Shown: in pieces, positions 19,180 to 27,624 of the stretch
Position numbering within the stretch: position 1 is the stretch's first letter
Layout: every line of letters begins with the position of its first letter
NCBI GenBank assembly: GCA_002320595.1
Contig: DCKB01000003.1
Location: forward strand, 8,106 to 72,105
Direction of reading: 5' to 3'
Source: Christensenella sp. UBA1685
GTDB taxonomy: Bacteria; Bacillota; Clostridia; Christensenellales; CAG-138
Length of the DNA: 64,000 nucleotides
Position numbers and translations under genes: made by a program
Notes under the pieces: generated by a model
What the model saw: the letters and a program-made list of their open reading frames with translations, nothing else
The model's database searches: none
Told to the model about the DNA's origin: nothing

Positions 19180-20009
19180 GGCTTCCGTTCCTCCGTTTCC
19201 GTGTTTTCCGAAGCATATTCTCCGGGGTTTTGCTCATTATAATATTCCCGTTCTCCAGGCGCCGCTGCCCCGTTCCCGGCAAGCCGCATCAACGGGCCAT
19301 CCCCTAAAAGAAAATCCGTCAATTGGCTGAGCGGGATGGAAAATTCCGGCCAGCCCGCAGAATAGGTGGCAATCTCATAAGGGCGGTACAAAATCACAAG
19401 CGTGCTTTCCGTTACATAAAACGTCTGCTCGTCCGATGCAGGCATTACATCGCACAGAAGCGTAAGTTCCGCCTTTTCAGCCTGCAGCATAACGATATCC
19501 GGGATCAGGCCGCGCCAGCGCTCATTTTCCGGGTCGAACAGATCTTTCAGCGTAAGCCGGCTGCAGGCGGCTGTATCAAATGTGAGCGGCGCCACGGCAA
19601 GCGTTTCATTTGTAGCAAGGTCGCGCACGGTGATCCGCACCGAGAGCACGCCGCAATCGTTGCACATAATGTCGCACCGGGTATAGGTCGGCATATCCAT
19701 AGCGTCAAGCGCGGCGCGGATTGCGCTCTGAATTGCAGAATTGATCGCATCGTATTCCGCATCCATCAGATACGGATAGCTGATGAAGCTGCTGTCGCCG
19801 TACTGCTGTTCCGCCCGCATATAAGAAAGCGGTCCAAGCGAATCGGTTTCAAACCGGGAAAATGCATCTTCGAGCTCTGCGGAGGGAATCGTAAATGCAG
19901 CCGCAGGTTCACTTTCCGGCGCCTTTTGGGAAGACGGCGCGCCACAAGCGGCACAGCACGCAAAAAGCAACCCCATAAGGCATATCGCAACGCGCTTCAC
20001 GCGCCGCAC
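19176..20009 (-). CDS. Lipoprotein with DUF3298/DUF4163-like (RsiV/PdaC C-terminal-like) domain
   Basis: 277 aa. Signal peptide with lipobox LLFACCAAC. C-terminal YRPYEIATYSAGWPEFSIPL resembles the DUF3298 signature. Confidence 0.65.
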   Translation of the reverse strand: MRRVKRVAICLMGLLFACCAACGAPSSQKAPESEPAAAFTIPSAELEDAFSRFETDSLGPLSYMRAEQQYGDSSFISYPYLMDAEYDAINSAIQSAIRAALDAMDMPTYTRCDIMCNDCGVLSVRITVRDLATNETLAVAPLTFDTAACSRLTLKDLFDPENERWRGLIPDIVMLQAEKAELTLLCDVMPASDEQTFYVTESTLVILYRPYEIATYSAGWPEFSIPLSQLTDFLLGDGPLMRLAGNGAAAPGEREYYNEQNPGEYASENTETEERKP

Positions 20010-20082
20010 CTCCCTTCAAACTTTTTGCCGTTTCCAGTATATCACCACACGCAGCGGCAAAGTGTAAATAAAGGGTAAACCG

Positions 20083-21252
20083 TCAGTTTGCTTCCACCGC
20101 AAGGGTCTCCGTCTTTTCGAGCGCGGTTGCGATCATAGGCATGAAATCCACCATAGCTTCGCTTTCGCGCAGCTTCTTCACTTCGGGCTTTGTAACCGGA
20201 TGCTGCGGCACAAACACCGTGCAGCAGTCCTCATACGGCAGGATGGAGGTTTCAAATGTCCCGATGCGCTTTGCAATGGTCACAATGTCCTCCTTGTCAA
20301 AGCCGATCAGCGGGCGGAACACGGGCATCTCTACCGCATCGTCCGTCACGCAGAGGCTTTCGAGCGTCTGGCTTGCTACCTGGCCAAGCGCTTCGCCCGT
20401 GATGAGCGCAAGCGCGCCGTCGCGTTCGGCAAGCATCTCAGCAATGCGCATCATAAGCCGGCGCATGAGCACCGTTGTTTCCTTCGGCGGGCATTTTTCA
20501 TAAATTGCAAGCTGAATCTCCGTAAACGGCACGAGGTGCAGCCACACTGGCCCGGCATAGCGGGAAACAAGGCGCGTCAGCTCCACAACCTTGTCCCGCG
20601 CGCGTTCGCTGGTGTAAGGATAGCTGTAAAAATGCACGGCGGAAAGCGTAAGCCCGCGCTTTGCCATCAGATAGCCGGCAACCGGGCTGTCGATGCCGCC
20701 AGAAATAAGCAGCGCCGCCCGCCCTGCCGTTCCGCTCGGCATGCCGCCCGCGCCCATGATCTCCGCAGCGTATATGAACGCCTGCTCGCGGATCTCCACG
20801 CACACCTTCAGCTCCGGCGCATGCACATCAACGGTAAGGTTTGGGAACCGTTCAAGCAGCACATGGCCAAGCTCATGGTTGATCGTTTCAGAGTTCATGG
20901 GGAAGCCCTTGTCCGAGCGGCGGGAAAAGACCTTAAAAGTGACGTTTTTTCCGCCGGCCGCCTGCTCCGTAAGGCATGCTGCAGCCTCCACGATGGCATT
21001 CCATTCTTTTTCCACAGCCATGGCGGGGCTTATGGAATGCACGCCAAACACGCGGGTAAGTGCATCCGAAGCAGCCTCCATGCGCTCCGGCGCAATGCCA
21101 TGCACATAGATGCGCCCCTGTTCGCGGCGTACCTTGGCGCCAAACCCACGCAGCGCGTTGTTGATCCCGTCGATGAGTTTGCGCTCAAAGAAGGGGCGGT
21201 TAAGCCCCTTGAGATGAATCTCGCCATAGCGGACGAGCAGTACCTGTTCCAC
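20083..21252 (-). CDS. thiI: tRNA 4-thiouridine(8) synthase ThiI
   Basis: 389 aa, LLVRYGEIHLKGLNRPFFE (THUMP region) and the PP-loop LLISGGIDSPVA. Confidence 0.9.
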   Translation of the reverse strand: MEQVLLVRYGEIHLKGLNRPFFERKLIDGINNALRGFGAKVRREQGRIYVHGIAPERMEAASDALTRVFGVHSISPAMAVEKEWNAIVEAAACLTEQAAGGKNVTFKVFSRRSDKGFPMNSETINHELGHVLLERFPNLTVDVHAPELKVCVEIREQAFIYAAEIMGAGGMPSGTAGRAALLISGGIDSPVAGYLMAKRGLTLSAVHFYSYPYTSERARDKVVELTRLVSRYAGPVWLHLVPFTEIQLAIYEKCPPKETTVLMRRLMMRIAEMLAERDGALALITGEALGQVASQTLESLCVTDDAVEMPVFRPLIGFDKEDIVTIAKRIGTFETSILPYEDCCTVFVPQHPVTKPEVKKLRESEAMVDFMPMIATALEKTETLAVEAN

Positions 21253-21298
21253 TGTGATCTTCTCTCCTCTGTGTTTTTCTGATGTAAGCTTCTGAAGG

Positions 21299-22438
21299 TT
21301 ACCTTCTTTTGAACCGTCTGAGCAGCCCGAGCAGATCCGCGATTGCCGCAGCGGTTTCGTCCATTTCTCCCGGGGTGTTAAATGCTGAAAAGCTGAACCG
21401 GATCGCCCCTTCCTGGCGCTCCCCGGTCACACCCATGGCGTTCAGGATGCGGTTCTTTCCCTTTTTGTGCGCGGAACACGCAGAGCCCGTAGAAACATAG
21501 ATTTTCTTTTCCTCCAATGCATGCAGAAGCACCTCGCCGCGCACGCCAAGGAAGGAAACGTTCAGGATGTGCGGCGCCCCCTCCTCCGGCGCCGGGCCAT
21601 TGATGAGCACATCCGGCAGCGCGAGGAGGTTTTCCGCCAAGCGCAGCTTGCACGTCCGCATATTTTCCCACATCGTTTCCTGATTTGCAAGGTAATATTG
21701 CAGCGCGGCGTCCATCCCCATAATGCCCGGCGTGTTGGTCGTGCCGGAGCGGAGGTTTTTTTCCTGCCCGCCGCCGATTTGCCCGCCCAAAAAACGCGTT
21801 CCTTTTTTGACATACAGCGCGCCCACGCCCTTCGGGCCGTGGAATTTGTGGCCGCTGACGGTGTAAAAATCACAGTTGCGCGCTTCAAACGGAACTTTCA
21901 GAAAACCCTGCACGCCGTCCACATGCAAAAGAGCGCCGGGAGCTTCCCGCTTTACGAGCTTATAAATGGCGGGGATGTCGTTGATCGCCCCCGTTTCATT
22001 GTTTACCTGCATTACCGACACAAAGCGCGTGCCCGGCGTCACAAGCTGCGCAAGGCCGGCGACATCCACGCGGCCTTGCTGATCCACGCCGGCTTCAACT
22101 ACGTCGTATTCGGGGGAAAGCCGTTTCATCACCTCGTAAACGGAAGGATGCTCCACCGCGCTTACCACAAGCCGGCCTTGTCCGCGCATCGCGCCAAGGG
22201 ACCCGTAGATCGCCATGTTGTTGCTTTCCGTGCCGCCTGAGGTAAAGACGATTTCGTCGGCTGCCGCATTCATGGCTCCGGCAAGCCGCGCCCGCGCCGC
22301 ATTCACCGCGCGTTCGCTCTCCACCGCCGGCGAATAGGCCGCCGCCGGGTTAAAAAAGCTTTCGCTCATATAGTATTGCGCCGCCTCCGCCGCCGCGGGC
22401 AGCGTGCGGGTCGTGGCGCTGTTGTCCAAATAGATCAT
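21299..22438 (-). CDS. Cysteine desulfurase (NifS/IscS/NifZ type, partner of ThiI)
   Basis: Start trimmed to MIYLDNSATT with SD AAGGAG. PLP lysine motif SGHKFHGPKGVGALY and active-site region STGSACS. Immediately upstream of thiI as in the B. subtilis nifZ-thiI pair. Confidence 0.9.
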   Translation of the reverse strand: MIYLDNSATTRTLPAAAEAAQYYMSESFFNPAAAYSPAVESERAVNAARARLAGAMNAAADEIVFTSGGTESNNMAIYGSLGAMRGQGRLVVSAVEHPSVYEVMKRLSPEYDVVEAGVDQQGRVDVAGLAQLVTPGTRFVSVMQVNNETGAINDIPAIYKLVKREAPGALLHVDGVQGFLKVPFEARNCDFYTVSGHKFHGPKGVGALYVKKGTRFLGGQIGGGQEKNLRSGTTNTPGIMGMDAALQYYLANQETMWENMRTCKLRLAENLLALPDVLINGPAPEEGAPHILNVSFLGVRGEVLLHALEEKKIYVSTGSACSAHKKGKNRILNAMGVTGERQEGAIRFSFSAFNTPGEMDETAAAIADLLGLLRRFKRR

Positions 22439-22661
22439 ATTCTCACTCCTTAAAACCGGAGACAAACTCCTTTTTGTCCATATATATGCCGCGCACGCAT
22501 ATGGCGACAGTTTTGAACGGCTTATACTGTTTTATCATACCACACCAGCGCGCGTTTGTTGACGCTTTTTTATAAAAACCGCACAAGTGCAACGGTTGCA
22601 GGCGCGCCTGTTTTGCTATAAAATTAAGGCGAATAGACGAATTATCCCGAAAGGACACAGC

Positions 22662-25082
22662 ATGAGCTTTTTGGATCGGTGCACCGAGGGTGCAAAACGC
22701 GCGCTCGCTCTGGCGCAGGAAGCCGCGCGGGCAATGGGCCATAACTATGTTGGGAGCGAGCACCTTTTGCTTGGCCTCATCCGCGAAGGGGAAGGCGCGG
22801 CATTTAAGGCGCTCTCAGCCTTTGGCGTGACCGCAAACGCCGTTGCAGAACGCGCGGATACGCTTGTCGGCCGGGGGGATTATCATTTCACCGACAGCTT
22901 CGGCTATACGCCGCGCACGAAAAAAATCCTGGAGCTGAGCCTTTATGAAGCAAAATCCCTGAAAATGGGCTATATTGGCACAGAACATATCCTGCTCGCC
23001 ATTTTGCGGGAACGGGACTCGGTCGCCGTGCGCATCCTGCAGGATCTCGGCGCGGATGTGCCCGGCCTGCAATCCGTGCTTGCGGGAGGGCGGCCCGCCG
23101 GGGAAAGCGCCCCGCAGCCCGCACATGCGGGGCAGGGTACGCCGGTGCTCGACCAATACGGCCGGAATCTGACGCGCGCCGCGCGCGACGGGGAACTCGA
23201 CCCCGTGGTGGGGCGGGAAGCGGAAATTCAACGCGTGATCCAGATCCTCTGCCGCCGCACGAAAAACAACCCCGCCCTCATCGGCGACCCCGGCGTCGGA
23301 AAAAGTACAGTCATCGAAGGGTTGGCGCAGCGCATTGCGGCGGGCAAGATTCCCGAACTTTTGAAGGACAAGCGGATCGTCACGCTCGACCTTGGTTCCA
23401 TGCTCGCGGGCACCAAATACCGCGGCGAATTTGAGGAACGCATCACAAACGCCATTTCCGAACTGCGGGAGGACGGCAGCACCATCCTGTTTATCGATGA
23501 GCTGCACACCATCGTCGGCGCAGGCGCAACGGAGGGCAGCATCGACGCTTCCAACATCCTTAAGCCCGCCCTCGCGCGCGGCGAAATCCAGGTCATCGGC
23601 GCGACAACGCTCGACGAATACCGCCGGCATATCGAAAAAGACGCAGCGCTTGAACGGCGGTTCCAGCCCGTTACGGTCGGCGAACCCACGCGCGAAGAGG
23701 CCGTAGCCATCCTGTTCGGCCTGCGTGACCGTTATGAGGCGCACCACAAAGCCCGCATCACGGACGCGGCCATCCGCGCTGCGGTGGAGCTTTCCGGCCG
23801 CTACATTTCGGACCGTTTCCTGCCGGACAAGGCCATCGACCTGATGGATGAAGCCGCAAGCCGCGTACGCCTTCGCGCTTACAACACACCGCCGGATGTA
23901 AAGGAGCTGCGCGAGCGCATCGAATCGCTGCGCAAGGAAAAGGAAGAAGCCGTCAATAACCAGAACTATGAACGCGCTGCCGCGCTGCGCGACGAGGAGC
24001 AGCGCCTTACGGCGCAAATCGCATCGATCGAGGCCGATTGGGAGCGCGAGCGGGACAATGAAGAATCCATCGTTACCGAAAACGACATCGCGGATGTTGT
24101 AAACGCATGGACAGGCATTCCCGTGCGCCAGCTCACGGAAGATGAAAGCGAAAAGCTGTTGCATCTGGAAGATGCGCTGCACAGGCGTGTCATCGGCCAG
24201 GAAGAAGCCGTCTCCGCCGTTTCCCGCGCCATCCGCCGCGCGCGTGCCGGGCTGAAGGATCCTGCGCGGCCCATCGGCTCCTACATTTTTCTCGGCCCCA
24301 CGGGCGTTGGAAAAACCGAGCTTTCCCGCGCGCTTGCAGAGGCGCTTTTTGCAGATGAAACCGCCATGGTGCGTCTGGACATGAGCGAATATATGGAGCT
24401 GCACAGCGTGAGCAAACTCATCGGCTCCCCGCCGGGCTATGTTGGTTACGACGACGGCGGCCAGCTCACCGAGCGTGTGCGCAGGAGGCCGTACTGCGTT
24501 ATCCTGCTTGACGAAATCGAAAAGGCGCATCCCGATGTGTTCAATCTGCTTCTCCAAGTGCTTGAGGATGGCCGGCTCACGGATTCTCAGGGGCGCACAG
24601 TGGATTTCCGCAACACGGTTATCATCATGACCTCGAACGCCGGCGCGCCGCGCACACAGCAAGCGCATGCCGTCGGTTTTGGCACGGCGGAGGACGCGCT
24701 TACGCATGAGCGCCTGCGCGAAACCATGATGGCCGAACTGAAAAAGACATTCCGGCCGGAATTCCTGAACCGCGTGGATGAGATCATCGTATTCCGGCCG
24801 CTTGCGCGGGAAGAAACGCGCGCAATCACCCGGTTGATGCTCGAAACTGTGAAAGCGCGGCTCCGGGAGCGCGGCATCGCGCTCACCGTTACGCCTGAGG
24901 CGGAGGATCTGCTTTCCGGCGCCGGGTTTGACCCGCTTTACGGTGCGCGTCCGCTTCGCCGTGCCATCCAGCATCAGGTGGAGGACAGCCTGAGCGAAGA
25001 AATTCTTTCCGGGCGCGTTTCTCTGGGCGATGCCGTAACAGCATCCGCCGAGGATGGGAAGCTCGTTTTTCGCAAAGCGTAA
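22662..25082 (+). CDS. clpC: ATP-dependent Clp protease ATP-binding subunit ClpC
   Basis: 806 aa from [15 protein letters not shown]. Two Clp_N repeats, two Walker A sites ([16 protein letters not shown]), and a UVR-like linker [15 protein letters not shown]. Confidence 0.95.
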   Translation: MSFLDRCTEGAKRALALAQEAARAMGHNYVGSEHLLLGLIREGEGAAFKALSAFGVTANAVAERADTLVGRGDYHFTDSFGYTPRTKKILELSLYEAKSLKMGYIGTEHILLAILRERDSVAVRILQDLGADVPGLQSVLAGGRPAGESAPQPAHAGQGTPVLDQYGRNLTRAARDGELDPVVGREAEIQRVIQILCRRTKNNPALIGDPGVGKSTVIEGLAQRIAAGKIPELLKDKRIVTLDLGSMLAGTKYRGEFEERITNAISELREDGSTILFIDELHTIVGAGATEGSIDASNILKPALARGEIQVIGATTLDEYRRHIEKDAALERRFQPVTVGEPTREEAVAILFGLRDRYEAHHKARITDAAIRAAVELSGRYISDRFLPDKAIDLMDEAASRVRLRAYNTPPDVKELRERIESLRKEKEEAVNNQNYERAAALRDEEQRLTAQIASIEADWERERDNEESIVTENDIADVVNAWTGIPVRQLTEDESEKLLHLEDALHRRVIGQEEAVSAVSRAIRRARAGLKDPARPIGSYIFLGPTGVGKTELSRALAEALFADETAMVRLDMSEYMELHSVSKLIGSPPGYVGYDDGGQLTERVRRRPYCVILLDEIEKAHPDVFNLLLQVLEDGRLTDSQGRTVDFRNTVIIMTSNAGAPRTQQAHAVGFGTAEDALTHERLRETMMAELKKTFRPEFLNRVDEIIVFRPLAREETRAITRLMLETVKARLRERGIALTVTPEAEDLLSGAGFDPLYGARPLRRAIQHQVEDSLSEEILSGRVSLGDAVTASAEDGKLVFRKA

Positions 25083-25129
25083 GCATTTTCCCTTCCGCCT
25101 AAGTTTACAGTTTATTTATGGATGAGCGA

Positions 25130-25157
25130 TTGCAAAATCCGGCGGAGATGGTAGAAT
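25130..25157 (+). promoter_or_regulatory. Sigma-A-type promoter (-35 TTGCAA, 16 nt, -10 TAGAAT) upstream of the amidase gene
   Basis: TTGCAAaatccggcggagatggTAGAAT, about 40 nt upstream of the ATG at 25200. Confidence 0.45.
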
Positions 25158-25199
25158 AAAGGAAACTTTGAGTATTGACTTTCAGGAGTTTTGCCGGAA

Positions 25200-26234
25200 A
25201 TGAGTCCCTTTCTCAGGCGGCTTGCCGCACTTTGCTGCGTTTTCGCGGTGTTGCTCTCATGCAGCGCCGCGTTTGCCGCGCCCACGATGCCCGAAATTCC
25301 TTCCCAGGAAATTCTTTCCGCCGGGGATTTTGGCGAGGATGTGGAAACGCTGCAAACGGAGCTGCGCGCCCTCGGCTTTTATGAAGGGGAAATTACCGGC
25401 CTTTTTGACGGAGCCACAAAGCAGGCTGTCATCCGTCTGCAGGCGTTTCTTGGCGTACGGGAGGATGGCGCGTTCGGCCCCCTTACTTTTGCCGCCTACT
25501 GGAACGCGTTTGAGCTCGGCCTGCTCGCCTTTCCGGAGCAGCAATCGGCTGCATCGGATGAAACAGACCGCCTTGCGGGGTATACGATCGGCATTGACCC
25601 CGGACATCAGGAAACTCCGGATGCGGAGCTTGAGCAGATGGCCCCTGGCGTTAAGCGTACCAAGGAACGCCAAAGCCCCGGCAGCACCGGCGTGAAAACC
25701 GGCGTTCCCGAATACAAGATCAATCTGCTCATCGCCTTTAAGCTGCGCGACCTGCTTGAAGCCGAAGGCGCAACGGTGGTTTTGACGCGCGAAACATCCG
25801 ACTTTTCGCTCTCCAACATGGAGCGCGCGCTTCTGATGAACGAATCCGGCGTAGACATTTGGCTGCGTTTGCACTGTGACAGCGTATCCTCCGCCAACAA
25901 GAGCGGTGCAAGCGTGCTCATCCCTTCCCGCGCATATGGCGCTGCGATTTATCAGGAAAGCCTGCGCCTTGGGCAATGCGTATATGAAAGTTTTTCCGAA
26001 GCCACCGGCGCTACGATGATTTCCCTTCGCGCCCTGATGGATCAAACCGGCTTTAACTGGTCGGAAAAGCCGGTGATCGCCGTTGAAATGGGCATGCTTT
26101 CCAACCCGCAGGAAGACATCCGGCTCAACCGCGATTCCTATCAGACGAGCTGTGCCGCAGGGCTGTTCAACGGCATCCTCGCCTATTTTGAACAATCCGG
26201 CGGCGGGTCTGCTGAAAATGAGGTGCCATCTTGA
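25200..26234 (+). CDS. N-acetylmuramoyl-L-alanine amidase (Amidase_3) with N-terminal PG_binding_1 domain
   Basis: ATG at 25200 preferred (SD CAGGAG about 10 nt upstream). Signal peptide, then GEDVETLQTELRALGFYEGEITGLFDGATKQAVIRLQ (PG-binding repeat), then GIDPGHQ...RLHCDS, typical of Amidase_3. Confidence 0.85.
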   Translation: MSPFLRRLAALCCVFAVLLSCSAAFAAPTMPEIPSQEILSAGDFGEDVETLQTELRALGFYEGEITGLFDGATKQAVIRLQAFLGVREDGAFGPLTFAAYWNAFELGLLAFPEQQSAASDETDRLAGYTIGIDPGHQETPDAELEQMAPGVKRTKERQSPGSTGVKTGVPEYKINLLIAFKLRDLLEAEGATVVLTRETSDFSLSNMERALLMNESGVDIWLRLHCDSVSSANKSGASVLIPSRAYGAAIYQESLRLGQCVYESFSEATGATMISLRALMDQTGFNWSEKPVIAVEMGMLSNPQEDIRLNRDSYQTSCAAGLFNGILAYFEQSGGGSAENEVPS

Positions 26235-27007
26235 TAAAGCTCCGTTGGAATTCAAAACGCCCTGTATGTTTATGTTGTGCGGCATGCCTTTCGGTCATGC
26301 TTTTTTTCGGTTGCAGTGCGGGCAATGCAGGGAACTCCACATCGCCTGTGCTCCCCTCCGCAACGCCGTCTGCCTCCCTGCCTGCGGCTTCCGTTTCCCC
26401 CTCCCCTCCTTCCGTGTCCGAACTGCCGGAAGCTTTGCCAGCGCCGAGCGCTACGCCTTTTGCGGTAAACCCCGTATACGCTTTCTATGCGGAGTATCAC
26501 GCGGACTGCGCCGCGCTTCTGGATGCATATGCCGCAGGGCTTTCCGCGCTTCAAAGCGTGGATGGGCTTTCCTATTCGCTGGCGCTGACGGAACACCGTG
26601 CGCTGCTTTCTGAAGGGCGCATCACCATTGCAAGGCTCTTCGGCAGCGACGAAAGCGGATACAGCGGCGCGTTGGAATCCGCCGCTTCCGGCAGCGGAAG
26701 CATGTATGGAAGCCCGGAAAAAGGCTATACGTTTCAGTTTTCCTATACAGACGGCAACACGCTGTCGGGAAGTTTATCCGGCACTGCGCTCCGCTTCACC
26801 ATCAGCTCCCCAAAGGGAGTGGAGCGGTTTTGCAGCATGGAAAAAGCCGGGGACACTTGGTTGTCCACGGCCTGCACTTCCTCATACCAAAGCGAGCTTA
26901 CAGTGTATCTTTCCCCCGCAGAAGGGGAAACGCCCATCCGGTTCGGCATGCTGACCGGCAATTATCTTCCCGTCACAGAATCCACTGCAGCACCAGAAGG
27001 AGAATAA
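26231..27007 (+). CDS. Hypothetical lipoprotein with S/P-rich linker
   Basis: 258 aa. TTG start with SD GAGGTG 6 nt upstream, overlapping the amidase stop (TTGA). Lipobox MLFFGCS. I recognise no domain. Confidence 0.6.
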   Translation: MIKLRWNSKRPVCLCCAACLSVMLFFGCSAGNAGNSTSPVLPSATPSASLPAASVSPSPPSVSELPEALPAPSATPFAVNPVYAFYAEYHADCAALLDAYAAGLSALQSVDGLSYSLALTEHRALLSEGRITIARLFGSDESGYSGALESAASGSGSMYGSPEKGYTFQFSYTDGNTLSGSLSGTALRFTISSPKGVERFCSMEKAGDTWLSTACTSSYQSELTVYLSPAEGETPIRFGMLTGNYLPVTESTAAPEGE

Positions 27008-27236
27008 CGCCGGGAACGCCCAGCACGCCTGTAATCAGCGCATTGAGCGCATTGATCGGGATGGAAAGGGAAAAAAAGCCGCCCACAAAATTAAACAAAA
27101 ACAGGATTACCGCGCCTAAAAGCGCATTAACCACGAGTTTCCAAAGCACCTTGAGCGGGAAAGCGAGCAGTTTGCAGATCAGCCAAAGAACCAAAAGGCC
27201 CGCTGCAAACGCCAGAATTGAACCGAAGGGATTCAT
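26973..27236 (-). CDS. bofA: Pro-sigma-K processing inhibitor BofA
   Basis: 87 aa, two TM segments. Motifs KLVVNALLGAVILFLFN...INALNALITGVLGVPGVILL are typical of BofA. Confidence 0.85.
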   Translation of the reverse strand: MNPFGSILAFAAGLLVLWLICKLLAFPLKVLWKLVVNALLGAVILFLFNFVGGFFSLSIPINALNALITGVLGVPGVILLLVLQWIL

Positions 27237-27292
27237 GTCCGTTGACCTCCATCGTTTTGAGGGCGGGCAGGGATCCCTTTTCCGTCCTCACT

Positions 27293-27526
27293 TTATTCTG
27301 CTTCTTCGTCGTCCCGCGCTTTTTGGCGAAGCAGGAACATATACTTGCGCCGGGCAGCCTCCATATCATAAATTGCGTAATCCATAAGTTCCGGATCGTT
27401 TACGCTCTCAAAAAAGCGCGTGGCATCCTTCCACTTTTTCAGAGCCTCACGGATTTCTGCCTCTCCCCTGTGCGCCGCACGTTCCCGCCCCGAAATGCGC
27501 GGGAGCAAACCTGTAATCGACATCAT
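27293..27526 (-). CDS. YaaL-like DUF2508 protein
   Basis: 77 aa helical protein directly upstream of bofA, as for B. subtilis yaaL-bofA. DPELMDYAIYDMEAARRKYMFLLRQ resembles DUF2508. Confidence 0.7.
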   Translation of the reverse strand: MMSITGLLPRISGRERAAHRGEAEIREALKKWKDATRFFESVNDPELMDYAIYDMEAARRKYMFLLRQKARDDEEAE

Positions 27527-27624
27527 ACCACCTCCGAAGGAGTCTTAATAAAAGGAAGTATGCTCCAATTTCGGAAGTTTATACATAATTAAAAGCGTGC
27601 TTTGTGCCTTTCACCAGCCATGCG

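Noticed and set aside
22815-24974. 719-aa ORF on the minus strand
   Set aside because: It is entirely antisense to clpC, whose translation has unmistakable Clp motifs. The antisense product is R/A/G/H-rich with no motifs and no SD. This is a typical spurious long ORF of a GC-rich genome.
25257-26285. 342-aa minus-strand ORF
   Set aside because: Antisense to the amidase gene, which carries PG_binding_1 and Amidase_3 motifs.
27527-27624. CATACT element upstream of yaaL-bofA as a sigma-E/sigma-K type sporulation promoter
   Set aside because: Only the -10-like CATAC is present. I could not align a convincing -35 at the right spacing, so it is not reported as a feature.
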